Shown here one piece after another: positions 17,759 to 18,526 of a DNA stretch of 18,526 nucleotides (positions within the stretch are counted from its first letter, which is position 1; the number at the start of each line of letters is the position of its first letter). Under the pieces are notes generated by a model that was given only the letters and a program-made list of their open reading frames with translations, had not been told where the DNA came from and ran no database searches. Origin of the DNA: a virus (taxonomy: Duplodnaviria; Heunggongvirae; Uroviricota; Caudoviricetes); the IMG/VR virus record IMGVR_UViG_3300025429_000011, positions 1 through 18,526 of that record. One strand, given 5' to 3'. The position numbers were made by a program, and so were the translations under genes.

Positions 17759-18526
17759 CAGTACAAATAGCTCCTATTACCCAAACTACAGATACTTTTG
17801 GACAATGGTTAGAAAAAACTAATCAGTTAATTACTGCAGTTAATAATTATGTTGTTTCTGTTAACTCAAATACTGCAGTAGGCAATGCTGATATATCCGG
17901 CAAATTGAGCGCTATTCAATTTGTTGCAAATAGTGATGGTGGATTTTATGCAGGTATTAGTTCTGCAAATGCTACTTTAGATACTACGTCTTTGTTGTTT
18001 AGAACATCATTAACTTCTAATGCAATTATCACAGCAAGCGGTATGTTAATTAATGATAGTACACTATATGCTGGTTCTGTAATGACTATGGGTAATACAG
18101 TAATTCATAGTGCTAATATTTCTGTAGATAATCTTTATTTGTCGACATTTGCTAATGTTGGTAATACATTCTTAACTACTAGTAGCATTTATTCAGATTT
18201 AGTAAACACTCAAATATTTTATGCAAGTGCAAATGGAACGTTTGGTGATAATGAAGCTAACACGTACATAGATAGATATGGTGTTATTGTATATTCACAG
18301 CCTACTGGTACTTATACTGTAAATACTATAATAACTTCAACATCTGTTTCTTCTGTAGATGTTATCGCAAACACAGTACATGTAGACAATATTATTTCTC
18401 GCACACCAGGGCTACCTTTCCATATTAAAGGTAATATTGAGTTTCAAGGTGCTAACAACTACTTTGATTTAGGATTAAATTCTAACGGCGATATTAATAT
18501 TATTAACGGTGCAAGACTTCATGTTA
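17755..18526 (+). CDS. Tail fibre / baseplate-attached fibre protein, 3'-truncated (absent from the supplied ORF track)
   Basis: ATGA overlap at 17755; the frame is open to the window end (257 codons): MTVQIAPITQTTDTFGQWLEKTNQL.... The DTF..W..KTN N-terminal motif is typical of T4-like fibre anchors, and beta-rich Asn/Ser/Thr sequence follows. Confidence 0.78.
   Translation, partial: MTVQIAPITQTTDTFGQWLEKTNQLITAVNNYVVSVNSNTAVGNADISGKLSAIQFVANSDGGFYAGISSANATLDTTSLLFRTSLTSNAIITASGMLINDSTLYAGSVMTMGNTVIHSANISVDNLYLSTFANVGNTFLTTSSIYSDLVNTQIFYASANGTFGDNEANTYIDRYGVIVYSQPTGTYTVNTIITSTSVSSVDVIANTVHVDNIISRTPGLPFHIKGNIEFQGANNYFDLGLNSNGDINIINGARLHV

Noticed and set aside
1..18526. Stop-codon reassignment (no gene ends in TAG; in-frame TAA junctions)
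   Set aside because: The standard code already gives near-complete coding density, and TAA/TGA terminate genes at overlapping junctions; lack of TAG in about 13 stops is unremarkable.

Overview
AT-rich, gene-dense, all-plus-strand segment of a T4-like (contractile-tail) phage genome carrying the baseplate module. Gene order: 5'-truncated hub protein (gp27-like), a gp5 spike locus spread over three ORFs (OB-fold plus tail-lysozyme; apparent dead T7-type amidase; beta-helix needle plus M15 zinc peptidase), a 506-aa Gly/Ser-rich unknown, gp25, gp6, gp7-like, gp8, a VrlC/DUF4815-type large virion protein split into three ORFs (the middle one ending in a polyproline/Gly-Cys tail), a small coiled-coil protein, and the start of a tail-fibre-like gene. 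The most notable features are (i) the fission of two normally single large virion genes, two of the junctions sharing an in-frame TAA-AAN-ATG layout, (ii) a three-chemistry peptidoglycan-attack spike locus that includes a pseudo-enzyme and has no recognisable PAAR gene, and (iii) a glycine-zipper protein directly after the spike. All family calls come from motif recognition by eye, not from database searches.
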